A stretch of 64,000 nt of DNA from Octopus vulgaris. Its lineage: Eukaryota. Made by a program: the position numbers and the translations under genes. Of this stretch, positions 26,419 through 41,289 are shown piece by piece (position 1 is the first letter of the stretch; each line of letters opens with the position of its first letter). The stretch covers positions 22,692,001 to 22,756,000 of the forward strand of contig OX597825.1 in assembly GCA_951406725.2 (NCBI GenBank), written 5' to 3'. The notes under the pieces are model-generated. The model did no database searches, was not told the DNA's origin, and saw only the letters and a list, made by a program, of their open reading frames with translations.

Positions 26419-26934
26419 TGACACTGGGGTAAAATATACGAAGCCCAGTATGCCCATCATGACTACCCGTCTGATAAGGGTACACCAGGCACATGCATCA
26501 CAACCATATGTGCGCGACATGGTGATCTCATATCAAGATAAACAGCACATGACCTTGAAGGTGGAGCCCAGTTAGAATTTTCTTCAGATCGAGTAACCCA
26601 TCCCGCTCAAAAGGTCCCTGAATAAGGGTTGTTTAAGGACGTTGAACGAAACACCCATGTTTCCAGGGGTGAATTATTCAAACCCCAAAGAATCCTTCTC
26701 AACACATGGCTATGATGCTCCCCCACTACTTCTGCTCGTGATCAGAGATACACATATCGTCAGCCACTAAGGGACATGCTCAACTGGCTATGGTCAAACA
26801 ACTGACAAGCAAATCTGTGGTATTGAGCAGAATATTTGCTGTAGCCCATCTTTTATACCAAGACAAAACAATGTACATGATAACACTTCCAATCAGTTAA
26901 GATCAGAAGCCATGAGAGCCACTGCCTGGTACTG

Positions 26935-27001
<67 letters not shown>

Positions 27002-27312
27002 GAATGAGAGAGCAGCGCATGCCTTTAAAGTGACGCTAGGGTAGGAGCCCAGTATACCCATCATGACCACCAGTCTGGTAAGGGTACACCAGGCACATGC
27101 ATCATAAACATATGTGCGCAACATGCTATCTCATATCAATATAAACAGCACATGACCTTACAGGTAGTGCCTGATTAGAAATTTCTTCAAGGTGAGTAGC
27201 CTATCCCGCTCACAGGTACATGAATAAGATTTGTTTAAGGATGTTGAATGAAACACCCATATTCCCAGAGGTGAATTATCCAAAGCCCAAAGAATTCCTC
27301 TCAACACATGGC

Positions 27313-27370
<58 letters not shown>

Positions 27371-27925
27371 GAGAGAAAGAGCAGTGCACGCCATCAAATT
27401 GAAACTGGGGTAAAATATGCGAAGCCCAGTATACCCATTATGACTACCCGTCTGATAAGGGTTCACCAGGCACATGCATCACAAACATGTGCGCGACATG
27501 GTGATCTCATATCAAGATAAACGGCACATGACCTTGCAGGTGGGGCCCTGTTACAATATTCTTCTGGTCGAGTAAACCATCCCGCTCAAAAGGTCCTTGA
27601 ATAAGAGTTGTTTAAGGATGTTGAACGAAACACCCATGTTTCCAGGGGTGAATTATTCAAACTCCAAAGAAGTCCTCTCAACACATGGCTATGTTACTCC
27701 ACCAATACTTCTGCTCAGGATCAGAGATGCACATATCATCAGCCACCAAGGGACATGCTCAACTGGTTAAGGTCAAACAACTGACAAGCAAATTTGTGGT
27801 ATTGAGCAGAATATTTGCTGTAGCCCATCTTTTATATGAAGACAAAACAATGTACATGATAACATTTCTACGTAGTTAAGATCTGAAACCACGAGAGCCA
27901 CTGCCTGGTACTGTATGAGGGCATT
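26419..27925. mobile_element. Three copies of an ~550-bp non-coding element (family C) in (TTA)n: 26419-26936, 27002-27313 (partial), 27370-27925
   Basis: Near-identical sequence in the same orientation, each bounded by (TTA)n. Confidence 0.85.
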
Positions 27926-27933
27926 TATTATTA

Positions 27934-27991
<58 letters not shown>

Positions 27992-27993
27992 GC

Positions 27994-28060
<67 letters not shown>

Positions 28061-28084
28061 TCATTATTATTATTATTATTATTC

Positions 28085-28392
28085 AGTAGTTTTATTTTTA
28101 TTTTTATAGCGTGCTTTCACTTCACTACCGAGCGCAGCTCTGTGTGCCTTGAGCTATGTGCTGTGATTTGTTGTGATGCTCTGATGGTTATTGTATGGAA
28201 AGTGTTCTGCGTAGGATGTGTGCAGTGCCTAGTAGTGCAATTTTCTGTATGTTATATGTGTTTGTAAGTCCTGGTGTTTTTGTTATGTATTTGTCTGAAT
28301 ATTTTTTTATCATGCCTAATGCACCTACTATGATAGGAATTGTTTCTGTTTTCAGATTCCACATTCTAGTTACCTCTATTTCCAGGTCTTTG
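28085..28392 (-). mobile_element. R4/Dong-type non-LTR retrotransposon 3' end
   Basis: Minus strand KDLEIEVTRMWNLKTETIPIIVGALGMIKK...IQKIALLGTAHILRRTLSIQ*, 3' UTR, flanked by (TAA)n. Confidence 0.85.
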
Positions 28393-28460
<68 letters not shown>

Positions 28461-28810
28461 TGTTATTGTTATTTTAATCTAAAGGATATTGCAGTAGATA
28501 AGTTTATTCGATTGGAATCTGGGAATAAATGTACTTATTATAGTACATTTTTGCCATTTCATTGACTAGTATTAGAACATCATTCAGATATCACCCTATC
28601 GTTTGTCAAGCTGACCTCGCAAAATGACTTCGGTTTTTGGCAATGATTTTCTATATATATAACTCGACTTAAAATTCTTAATTAAAAACGCAAATGACCA
28701 AATAATATACGATGTATAACACTTATACATACATATAATGCATACATTCACACATGCAAACACACATATATATGTATATAATCTTATACACACACACACA
28801 CACACACATA

Positions 28811-28879
<69 letters not shown>

Positions 28880-29498
28880 ACAGATGTATATATATATATA
28901 TATATATATACACATGTATATATATATACATATGTGTGTACATATACACACATGTGTGCATATATGTGTGTGTATGTATATATATATATTTGTATGTATG
29001 TATATATATATATATGTACATATATGTGAACATATATGCAAACATAGACAGACAGACAGAAAGATAAGCATTGTTATGAAAACGAAATCAATACCATAGA
29101 TCTATATGCGCGTCTGCGTTGTATGTGTGGGCAAGTGTGTGAGTGTGTGTGTATGTATGTGTATATGTGTGCGTGCATGCATGCATGCATGCGTGAGTGT
29201 ATGTGTATGTGTGCGTTGGTAGTATGCTTGGAAGGAAAGATTAATTTGTGGAAGCCAGCGATGATGATGTAACTGTAACTATGGAAGAGATTATGTGAAA
29301 ATGTTTCCTAGACAAATAAGATATCTAAAATAATAATATATTGAACAGGAACATTCATGAGCTGACATTAGACTCCAGCCCTATTGTAGCGTAAACAAAC
29401 CAGAAATATATTACTGCCGTTTTAATTCGTGGAATTAAATTATTGCCATTTTAGTGCGTAATAAACGTCATTAATATAACAATATACTATTATTTAAA

Positions 29499-30054
29499 GG
29501 CGGCAAGCCGGCAGAAACTTTAGCCCGCCGTTAACCGGCAGAAACATTAGCTTTGCGGTATTTCGTCTGCGGTTACGTTCTGATTTCAAATTCCGCCGAG
29601 ATCAACTGTGCCTTTCATCCTTTCGGGGTCGATTAAATAAGTACCAATTACGCACTAGGGTCGATATAATGGACTAATCCGTTTTTCTGTGCTTGTTTGT
29701 CCCCTCTCTGTGTTTAGCCCCTTGAGGGTAGTAAAGAAATAGGTATTTCGTCTGCTGAGACGTTCTGAATTCAAATTCCGCCGAGGTCGACTTTGCCTTT
29801 CATCCATTCGGGAACGATTAAATAAGTACCAGTTGCCTAATGGGGTCGATCTAATCAACTGGCTCCCGTCCCTAAAATTTCTGGCCTTGTGACTAAAGTA
29901 GAAATGAATATATGAGTATTTAAAGTCGGCGAACTGGCAGAAATGTTAGCACACCGGAGGAAATACTTAGCGCTGTTTTGTCTGTCTTTACGTCCTCAGT
30001 TCAAATTCCACTGAGGTCAACTTTGCCTTTCGTCCTTTCGGGATCGATAAATTA
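29499..30054 (+). mobile_element. SINE family B dimer plus an adjacent monomer
   Basis: Meta-like domain present three times. Confidence 0.8.
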
Positions 30055-30055
30055 A

Positions 30056-30104
30056 CGATCGAAACCCCGATCCTACGACCGCTGCCTCAACCACTGGACC
30101 ATTG

Positions 30105-30110
<6 letters not shown>
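30056..30110 (-). mobile_element. 5' fragment of SINE family D
   Basis: Reverse complement GAGGCGCAATGGTCCAGTGGTTGAGGCAGCGGTCGTAGGATCGGGGTTTCGAT. Confidence 0.7.
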
Positions 30111-30184
<74 letters not shown>

Positions 30185-30269
30185 TGTAAATATATATATA
30201 TGTATGTATATATGTATATATGTAAATGACAGAGAAAGAGGAAATCACATAGATACGCAGATACCCCCC

Positions 30270-30349
<80 letters not shown>

Positions 30350-30819
30350 ATTTAAAAATATATCCGTGCCCCGTGCCATGGGCCATCATTTTGCTTTTCT
30401 CTCCGTATTATATACAGACATTCCGTTAGTTTTACAACATGTAGAGTAGCAATAAAATAGTAAAGCAGATGCAGATGTTAAGACACAAAAATGCTAATAT
30501 TTTAGTAAGTTTGGCATTCTCTCGGGTTAGACACGATATATATTCAGTGCTATAAATGTCATGTTGTCAAAACTAAAGTTTCCGTTGTACTTCTTCCTTG
30601 TTCTTTCTTGTAACGATCACAATGGTTATGCTTCCATTTTCTAGAAGTATCTTAATCTTAGTTGAACACGAAGTACATTTATGCTGCGCAAGAATTTTAT
30701 TGTGGGAAGACAGTATTATTTACATTTATTTATTCAAGTTTTGGCAAGAAAGAATATGTTTGTGCATGTGTGTGTGTTTGTGTGTGTATATGCGTGCGTG
30801 TGCAAGCATATATTTTCCA

Positions 30820-31236
<417 letters not shown>

Positions 31237-31485
31237 GTACATCTATCTTTGTGTGTGTGCGTGTTTGTATATGCGTATGTGTTTGTGTGTGTGTGTGTGC
31301 GTGGATGTGTGTGTGCCCGTTCTTTCTTTATAATATATATATTTTCGGATACTTCACTAAAAGCAAATTTATTTTGTCAACAAATTCCTGTTTATCATGT
31401 ACTAAACACCTGTTACTCTCTCTTTCTCCCTCTTACACACACACACACATACACACACACAGGCTGCTACATACATGTATACAAA

Positions 31486-31546
<61 letters not shown>

Positions 31547-33211
31547 TGTATGTATATTTATATGTATGTAGGCATAAATATATATATACACACACATATA
31601 CATAAATGTAACATGGGATTTACACATTCCAAATTCATAGAATACCAATAGGTAATAAAAGAATTATAAGTTCAATACATGTAAATGAAATGACAAATCT
31701 TTGGAACAAAATAATAAAATCCGTTTCGTAACATGGCATTTAGTTTCTGCAACAAGATTATATATTTTCCGAAAATTTTTTTTCAAAAATAAGTTATACA
31801 TCTAACCACTTTTGGCAGTCTGGCAGAAATGAGATATCCAAATAGATAACGTTTTTGTATATTTACTCACGAATCTGGTAGCTACTATGCTGGGTTGTAT
31901 TATTCAATCATGGTCTGGTGTTTCAATGGTTCCATCTGCACCTCGGTATTGGCAGTGCCATTAGCTACATCTAAAATGCTGCTCAGTTGATGTCTTATAG
32001 TCGTAAAGATAAAAAAAGAAATGAATGTCAGTCGAACTAGAAAATGTTCATCGTTATGTTGATTAAGTGATGGTCAAAACAATCATTCCCGCAGTTACTA
32101 TTGGATCTAGTCTTTTTCATTCGCAAAATGAGCCCCCTTTAATTTTGCTCAGATTGCTTTCATGCAACGCTGAATACTGTATCGATGCATCCCTGGATTT
32201 TGATTACTATCAACCAATTACTTTATCGCTTAAATTAAATAATCTGATGTTATTTGGAAATAAAGTTGAGAAATTGGGGTAGTTTTAACCAATCAACATT
32301 AACGGCTGGTTACCATGACAACCGCACAATGTGTTCCACACGCAGGTTGTCTTGATTCTTCACACCGTGAGATTTACTTCATTCTCGTGGTTTGTTTTAT
32401 TAAAAATTTTTATCTGTCGATTAGAATTTTATTATAGATATATTTTGCCAATTGTCTTAATATCTTACATATTTTTCATATATAGCAAAAGTTTTTTAAG
32501 ATGTTTATCTAGTTTCTTGGCATTTCCAAGGTGAATGGAATATGTGGAATTAGAACAGATAATTTGACATTACTTTTGAATTCTGCATACAAAAACATAT
32601 AAGATACAGGTATTCTTTTTCTTGGGTCAAATTCTTTGTTGTCCAGTGTTATTCTTATCGTAGTTTGCAAATTCAAACATGAAAACGTTACTCAACTGTG
32701 AAGATTTGGTGACATACATACATACACACACACACTTATATATTAATGATGTACACAAATGCATGACAGGTAATCATAATACTGACATACGCATAAAGTA
32801 AACACGGGCAGACAAATATATTAATATTACAAATTTAAGAAAACATAACAAAACATAGAATGAAAGAACAAAAGAAACAGTAAGATAATACGTTTATTTT
32901 ATTAGGTATTTCGTTTTATTTAGAAACCTACAATAAAGAGGTTATTTCACTGACACTAAACAATAAATTTCACAGGGTACAACCTTAAAGTTGACACCGA
33001 TCCACTAAACGCAGAAAACTTGTCTCGCTATTAGCTATAAATACACAGTTTTTTCGCTTTTTTAAACCTGTGTGACTTTTTCCTCCAATGTTTTCTCCAC
33101 AGTATCATATCGGCATAGCAATTAGACTGGAAAACTGCATTATAGCCAAATTTCAGATGCTTTAACTGTCTTTCAAAAAAATGCATATTTTTCGAATGTA
33201 ATAAACTAGAT

Positions 33212-33449
33212 CCTTACTCTTTTACTTTGGACTGCGACCAATCTGGGACGACACCGGTGGGGTTACTCGAACAAAATCTTATTCTAAAAGGGGACAGCCA
33301 ATACTTAGTATAATCTGGTATTTATTCTATTGAATATTTTGCTGAATCTCTACTTTACGAAAATATAGACAACCCGACACTGGTTGTCAAACAGCAGCAG
33401 GTGACACAATTACAAAGACACATACGCAAACACAAATACACACACACAC

Positions 33450-33480
<31 letters not shown>

Positions 33481-33600
33481 TAACGCACAAGCATATGCGA
33501 TGGGCTGTTACACTTTCGTCTACGAAATTCACTGACAAAATATCGGTCGAAAACTCAGAAAGCTCACACCCAACTTGCAGGGCAGTGAAACTGACCCGAA
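33212..33600 (-). mobile_element. Old degenerate SINE family A
   Basis: GGACTGCGACCA...CTGGTTGTCAA...(CA)n...GTCTACGAAATTCAC. Confidence 0.6.
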
Positions 33601-35037
33601 TCTCACTCTAATATTTCTTAAAATCTTATAAGTACGATTTGTTTCCATCGCAAAATTCTTCAGGTGAAAATAATAAGTAGTTGGGGTGCACATACATATT
33701 CATTTCCGAACAGCTTTTATGCACCTATTATATACATCACCTGGTTATGTTACCAGCTACTTGGGCATCAGAAAAATTTCCTAGATACACTTTGTTATCT
33801 TTAATAATATATTTCATATATTTTTATTGTCAATCTTCAAAAAAAAAAAAATTCACAAAATTAGAAAGCATTGTAATATAATGATAAATGCGGTTTCCTG
33901 ATTGGGTTTTATGTAAAGGAGTTGTTATAGTAACGATGTTCATTTAATATACATTAAATTTATAAGGCAATCGATATAAACCAGGCTTAAAACAAATTTC
34001 CTCTACTATTCGTTCGCTCATCTTATTCTGTTTATGGAAAGATTAACGACTTGGTTCAAAATAGTTTCAATTAATTTCAATGTAAAACGATCAGTAAATA
34101 ACATCATTTATGAAACATTGCATCACGCCATACACAGTAAATCAATTTTCCTACATCTGATCATTATTTATGCAAAGATTTCATTTTTATTAATTTCAGA
34201 ATATATAAATAATCTTTCGTTGAATTTCTAAACAACAATAATAATATATTCTATTGATTTAAAAGGAAAATACACATGTGGATTGTTGTGTGTTCGTAAA
34301 TATATTATGAACACAAATTCAATGTTTGCTAGTGAAATAAAATGTCGGTTGGGTCGAATTTGCTATTATAATAATGTAAGATTTACGCAGAAATCTGCAA
34401 TTTGAAGAAAGAGTTAAAATCGATCCTGGTAACATGGAGGCCAACAGAGGTGAGATTTCACGTCAGACACTAAAGCGACGTAACTAAATTCTGCAACGTA
34501 AGTGACGTTTCTGTCAGTTCAGCATTCCACAACTCGTGTCATGGGGTGAGTTTTCTAACATAGGCAAAAACCCAGAAGTTTGGAGGACAGGGAAAGTTAA
34601 CTATACCCCACTCCTAGTACTTTACTTGGTTTCTACTTTATCTTATCGGTTGTAGAAGGAAAGACAATTAACGTCGTGTTGGGCAAGATTTCAACACAAA
34701 ACAAAGAATGTAACTAAGAACTGACAGGCACTTAATCTGTTGCTATGACGGTTCTGCTATAAAGAGCCCTCCAAGTCAGTGAAACTTATTCAACAGGAAA
34801 CATTAAATTAAAAATAATGGATTGAAATATTTCCGACAGTTTACAGTCTTCATTAACTGCCTCGTTTGGTATCTGTTGCTGCTTGCAATATCTTTGCGGT
34901 AATCTCGCATAAAATATATATTCTTTCCCAGTAAAATCCAATATTTTCTGCCAATCCGATTGAAGGATCCTTGAGATTTGAAGAGATTTGTCAACTAACA
35001 TCAAGACAACATCCGTGCTAATGTAGCATGTAGTAAC

Positions 35038-35126
<89 letters not shown>

Positions 35127-35305
35127 AACAATAACAACAACAATAATAACAATGATAATGATAATAATAACAACAATAATAATAACACTTTCTACTATAC
35201 TACCAGGACTCAAATATAGGAGGACTGTTCAGTCTGTACTTATTTTATCGCCCTGAAAGACGACAGGTAAGGTCGAACTCAGTGGCGCTTGACTCAATAA
35301 TAATG

Positions 35306-35384
<79 letters not shown>

Positions 35385-35397
35385 TAATAATAATAAC

Positions 35398-35725
35398 CGA
35401 TGGAAAATGTGGCATCTCAAGGCGACTATAGTATTGTAGGATCTCTAGGAATGATAAAAAAAAAAGGTGCTGAAACCAGGCTTACCATCCGTACAGGCAG
35501 TCCAAAAAATCCTGTTAACTGGAACGACTCATGTACTGAGTAGAGCATTATCGCTGTAAAAACAACATCCATTCATGATTTTTTTTAAATACAAATTTTA
35601 CCAGTGAATTTTCGTGTGAAATGTGGGAATGCATACAATGAGCTTCTCTGCCCTAGGTTTACGGAAAACACTCGGCGGGAAATGGGGGAAAATTGAAGAA
35701 AGAAGGAAAAAATAATAATAATAAT
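35398..35725 (+). mobile_element. R4/Dong-type 3' end in (TAA)n
   Basis: KMWHLKAT..IVGSLGMIKK..PGLPSVQAVQKILLTGTTHVLSRALSL*. Confidence 0.75.
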
Positions 35726-35744
35726 TTTGGCAACAACAACAATA

Positions 35745-35950
35745 ATGGTTTCAAATTTTGGCAGAGGGTCAATAAACTGGATTGGGGTAGGGCATAAGTC
35801 GATTACACAGACCCATTGTGCAACTGGTACTTAAGCTATCGACCCAGAACGATGACAGGCAAATTTGACCTCGGCAGAATTTGAACACAGAATGAGAAGT
35901 CCGTCGAAATGCTGCAAAACATTTTGCTCGGTGTGCTAAACATTCTACCA
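35745..35950 (-). mobile_element. SINE family B
   Basis: Reverse complement of the head and Meta-like domain. Confidence 0.7.
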
Positions 35951-36354
35951 GTAATTAGCAAATGTATTTCATATTCGGTTGAACTTCATACAAAAATAAC
36001 GTCATATTTGATTATGTTTATTTGCAATACGATTTTGAATCTTGCCCAGGTCCGATTGGTTTTTAATTATAACGTCGATTATATAGGCATTGTAATCGAT
36101 ATTTCTTAGAAAAAAAACATCGGAACAGGATCACTAAATCGACTGAATTAGCTTCACTATATTTAGTGTACCAATCCCATACAGAAAGAATTTTAAAAAA
36201 AACAATGACTTTAGCTTTTAAACGCAACAAAGTATTCAGTACTGCTTCTTCGCGATATTTTTCTATACCGGGATCTTAAAAGGATATGACTAAAATATTG
36301 ATTAAATTGCTTTCAATTCATTAATGCTATGTATTATGAAATCCCGTGTTAAAC

Positions 36355-36838
36355 GCAGCGAACTGGCAGAATCGATAGCGAGTCAGACAAACTGGTTATC
36401 GAATTTCTTTCGTTTAGCATTCTGAGTTCAAATTAGGACTTTGTATTTTTTTTTTTTATTCTTTCGGGGCCGATAAAACAGCACTGTTTGAATTTTGGGG
36501 TTGATCTAATTAATTTATTCTCTCTTCTAAAATTGCCGGCCTTGAACCAAAATTTGAGACCGCTATTAAGTCCGTAATGTTAAATAACAGGTATGCTTTA
36601 AAAATGCGGCGAGCTGGCAGAAGCGTTAGCACACCGGGCGAAATGCTTAGCAGTATTTCGTCTGTCGTTACGTTCTGAGTTCAAAATCCGCCGAGGTCGA
36701 CTTTGCCTTTCATCTTTCCGGAGTCGATAAATAAAGTACCAGTTTTGCACTGGGATCGATGTAATCGATTTAATCCCGTTGTCTGTCCTTGTTTGTCCCC
36801 TCTATATTTAGCCCCTTGTGGGCAATAAAGAAATAAAT
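36355..36838 (+). mobile_element. Two SINE family B copies (36355-36560 degenerate; 36607-36838)
   Basis: GCGGCGAGCTGGCAGAA head, B-box, Meta-like domain. Confidence 0.8.
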
Positions 36839-37557
36839 CACAGATATGCTAAGTTTTGAACTCAGTCTGACAAGATACATAACAATGCACCACACTGCAT
36901 TTAATATCTCGTGATATCGTTTCAGTTATTCCAACACTCTTTGTTGAGGTAATTATTGTTTGAGTTTCAAACATTATCGATTTGCTACTTTCGGTATCAA
37001 ACTAAATCTAAAGATACTTTAGTTCGGTTAAACCGCTAATGCTTAACAAAGTGGCATTAACGTCTCTATTCTTATATTTCCTACAACTTAAGCCAAACGT
37101 CTTTGAGTGTATTCAGAAATAGACCAGCACCATAAACTGATTACTGCAAGAGATAAGCGCAAGGAAATTAGGGGACGGCGAAAGGGTTTCAATTTCTTGT
37201 GATTGCCTTTTCAAAAATAACTGGAATTTACGTTCCAAGTTTCGATATCACCGTAGTCAATCTTTGCTTTCAGCAACATGGTCGGATCGATAAATTAAGA
37301 ACTGATTAAGTACTGGAGTTTATATTATCGTATATATTCGCTGCAAACAATACTTTTTTTTTAAAAATGGTAGGTAGAGAAAATAGAGCTTTGGATATAA
37401 TCTATTACAGTATTTTCGTCACTGCGGTTTCAGTTCTATGCTCATATGATTCAATGTATGCAGTGATTTTTATTCCACAGGCTTGAAGTTATAAATTTGC
37501 TATTACAGGGAAATTTTTCAATTTGAGATCTTAGTGAATCACAAATAAGAATAAATA

Positions 37558-37719
37558 GGCGTAGAATTGGATGTGTGGTTAGTGGTGTGTTAACGAACCA
37601 CATTGTTCTGGGTTCAGTCCCACTGCGTGGCACATTGGGCAAGTGTCTTCTACTATAGTCTCGGGCCGACCAAAGCCTTGTTAGTGGATTTGGTAGACGG
37701 AGACTGAAAGAAACCCGTC

Positions 37720-37758
<39 letters not shown>

Positions 37759-38029
37759 TATATATATGTGTGTGTGTATGTGTGTGTGTGCGTGTGTGTG
37801 TATGTGTGTGTGTTTGTTTGTGTGTCTATTTGTCGCCTCAACATCTCTTGACAAGCGATGCTGGTGGGTTTACGTCCCCGTAACTTAGCGGTTCGGCAAA
37901 ACAGCCCGATAGAATAAGTACTGGGCTTACAAAGAATAAGTCCTGGGGTCGATTTCTTCGACTAAAGGCGGTGCTACAGCATGGCCATAGTCAAATGACT
38001 GAAACAAGTAAAAAGAGTAAAAGAGTAAG
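37558..38029 (+). mobile_element. SINE family A
   Basis: Full consensus match. Confidence 0.9.
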
Positions 38030-38959
38030 AATACAAATAACGTAGTGCCTATGACCTATGCTACGTCTCTTTTGTATAACAATGCCTTTCTGTATTATAA
38101 GCAGAAAGCAATGAGGATCTTGAGAAATCAGCAGAATAACAAAGCACTGGAAGAATGTTAGTTAGATAAGAGGCAATCAAGCGACAAATACTTTCAGGGA
38201 ACCTGAATAGGCTGGCATCATTTTATTTAGCATCTAAACAGATGAATAGTTGCTTCTTATACACAGTGTAAGATAAGTGAATCTCGGTGACGTTCGGGGA
38301 GAAAAGAGCTGTGTATTAAAGATGGATATCTTGCGATTAACTGGGAAATGAGAGGATTCCATTGTAACCCAAATATAGCCTCGACTATTGGAAAGATTAT
38401 TCCGATAAATATTTATTTAGTTTATCCATTAAGAATTACTGGAACTACGAATGAACTAACAATGAGCGAAAGACGGTAAACTATTTCTAGAATATAGTAC
38501 AAAAAGAAAATAATGATCGCCGTTAATTTATACAAGCATGTGTTTTAATTAAATTTGGATTGTATAGCAGGCCATTCGCAAAATCCTAATTAAAGATTTT
38601 AAACACTTTGTTATTAAAGTAAATTTTCATTAAGAATATATTCAGCATATTTTCCGGAAATTTTATCAATTTTTCAAATCTAGGCAAAATAACGATGGTA
38701 TTCGTTATGCAAATTTTTTTTCATTAATTAAATAAAGCTGTGTCTACTTACAAAGAGTCACCATTGTATTGGAAAAGAGATTCAATTGAATAACTCGAAG
38801 TACAACACACACACACACATGCATTCAAACATACGCACACACTCACAAACACACATGCACACACACACACATATATTGCGACAAAGCTCTGAAAAGGGAG
38901 AAAGAGAAAATGAAACGAAGCTTTATCACGCGATACAACTTCATTTCTATCTTTCTACC

Positions 38960-39260
38960 ACACGTAGAAAGACAGTAAGACATGTAGATGTGTGTGTGTA
39001 CATGTGTATGTGTATGTGTGTGTGTGTACGTGTGCATATGTGTGTGTATGTTTAAACACGAAGAAAGACAGTAAGACATGTAGATGTGTGTGTGTACATG
39101 TGTATGTGTGTGTGTACGTGTGCATATGTGTGTGTACGTGTGTGTATGTTTAAACACGTAGAAAGACAGTAAGACATGTAGATGTGTGTGTGTACATGTG
39201 TATGTGTATGTATGTGTGTGTACGTGTGCATATGTGTGTGTACGTGTGTGTATGTTTAAA
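38960..39260 (+). repeat. Minisatellite, 3 x ~97 bp
   Basis: CACG(T/A)AGAAAGACAGTAAGACATGTAGATGTGTG...ATGTTTAAA repeated three times. Confidence 0.9.
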
Positions 39261-39459
39261 CGCGTGTGCGTATTATACTTAAAGCTATTCAATAATAATA
39301 CTAATCCATTCTACCAGAAGCACAGGAACTGAAATCTTCTGGGGAGGGCACTGGTGAATTATATTGAGTCTATGGTGCGCGACTGGTACTTATTTTATTG
39401 ATCTTGATAAAATTTGGCTACAGAAAAGCGACGGCTCTCGAGGGTTTCTAAAAAAGAAA

Positions 39460-39682
39460 AAGAAATTCCAGTTGTTATAGGGGTCCCAAGGTGCGGTCAC
39501 CAACTGACTTAAGAGCCTGCTTATAAGGAATGGTATAACTACGAGAATTGCATGAATTCAGGAATCACGTCTATCGAGAACAGCAGGGATCGTAAGTAAT
39601 GTCCCCGGTATCTAAGGAAACTGGTTGTAACCCGGTATCAAGGGCACCGTTTCCCAATGTAAAACATTCGTGCTCACCATGA
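39460..39682 (+). mobile_element. Degenerate R4/Dong-type 3' end
   Basis: IPVVIGS.GAVT...RTAGIVSNVPGI*, followed by (AAT)n. Confidence 0.55.
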
Positions 39683-39829
39683 ATAATAATAATAACAACA
39701 TCAACAACAGCAACAACAACAACAACTACAACAACAACAATAATAATAATAATAATAATTATTATTATTATTATTATTATTATAATAATTGCTCTCTCGC
39801 GCAATAAAAATAATAAAACAACAATAAGA

Positions 39830-39877
<48 letters not shown>

Positions 39878-39944
39878 GTTGTTGTTGTTGTTGTTGTTAT
39901 TGTTATTATTATCATCATCATCATCATCATTATTATTATTATTG

Positions 39945-40280
39945 CTTTTTACTTCTGATCTCCATGTTTGTTACAATCACTTGCCGAGACACACACAGCG
40001 GCCAGGGGCGAGAGAAGGATAAGCGCTGCTACATTACAACTAAAAGCTTGGGGGGGGGGGAGTAGTAAAATACTTTCATGTAACACAACACGGACATTTA
40101 AATGGAAACGGTTTTTTTAAGAATGTGAGCAGTACATGTCTGTACGATCCTTTGGATTTCTCTGAGACATGGTTCTCCTGGGATCTTATCGGGACGTTTA
40201 TGACACCCCATTTTTATCATACTTTGGGCACCTATAATAACAGCAACAGTTCTCACATTAAGATGCCACATCTTTTGTTT
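39945..40280 (-). mobile_element. R4/Dong-type 3' end
   Basis: Minus strand KMWHLNVRTVAVIIGAQSMIKM...IPGEPCLREIQRIVQTCTAHIL, ending in (AAT)n. Confidence 0.75.
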
Positions 40281-40423
40281 TTCAATTTCCCAGTCCTTAT
40301 ATTCATTTATTCAAATTCGTTTACATACATATTTGTTTCAGTGGCAACACTGGCATCTATTAATCTACAAGTATTTTCTTCCTTGTCTTTTATAATATGT
40401 CAGGTCGATTATTATTGATGTTG

Positions 40424-40481
<58 letters not shown>

Positions 40482-41289
40482 CATTATTATTATTATTATA
40501 CAGGGAAGGAGGGAGAGAGATGGAGAGAGAGAGAGAGAAATATGTCTTCAAGTGCATTAGTTTTCGCGTTTCTGAATAAAAGCCAATATACTTACAGATA
40601 ATTCGTAGTTATATAAAGAAATTACGTCGATAACGTAAATCCTATATCTTTGGGAGAAAATGCAATGGAGTATAGATTAGATTCAGAAAAATCATGGAAT
40701 TATTCAAAATATGTGTAAAGAGAACAACATCGTATGGGGAGGATTATCAAAAAAGATTAACTCTCAAAAGTAGTATATGGTAAAAAAAAAAAGAAGGAAA
40801 GAGATGTTTGGACATTGAAGTCAATGACTACACGTACTTGATTCATCGTTCCACAACTCGGATATATTAAGAGTCAAGAGATTCAAAGATCGATTCGATA
40901 ACAAATAAGAAGTCTAAAATAACAGAAACACCGTCTGAAAAAAGTATTTGGCGGTTGAATGAAGAATACTGATAATCTACATCGGTCGATATCCGCCAAC
41001 AAAATATGCAAGGCTCTGAACAAACTTTTTTTAAATTACTTTAAAAAAATTGAAATAAATTATCATCTTTCTGTTTCAAAACAATATGCTAGTAAACTGT
41101 TTCAACAAGGGTGAAATCTATTAAATTCAATACATCCCTTAAAAAAAAAACGAGCTACTAAACTCAGTTGGAAATAGGATCAGGTTCTTATAGGACTCTA
41201 TTCTATACGAATGGGTACTGAAATGTTCTTGGCTTTGGGTTAAAGAAAATACCAGAGGACCAGTTAATTGTGACTTTATTCAACATATA

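Noticed and set aside
27880-27925. HDV-like ribozyme or U2 snRNA similarity at the end of family C
   Set aside because: Could not build the P1-P4 nested pseudoknot; the U2-like match (TGCAGTACC) is too short.
38960-39260. CRISPR-like repeat-spacer pattern
   Set aside because: Spacers are near-identical TG-rich sequence, context is eukaryotic, and there are no cas genes; it is a minisatellite.
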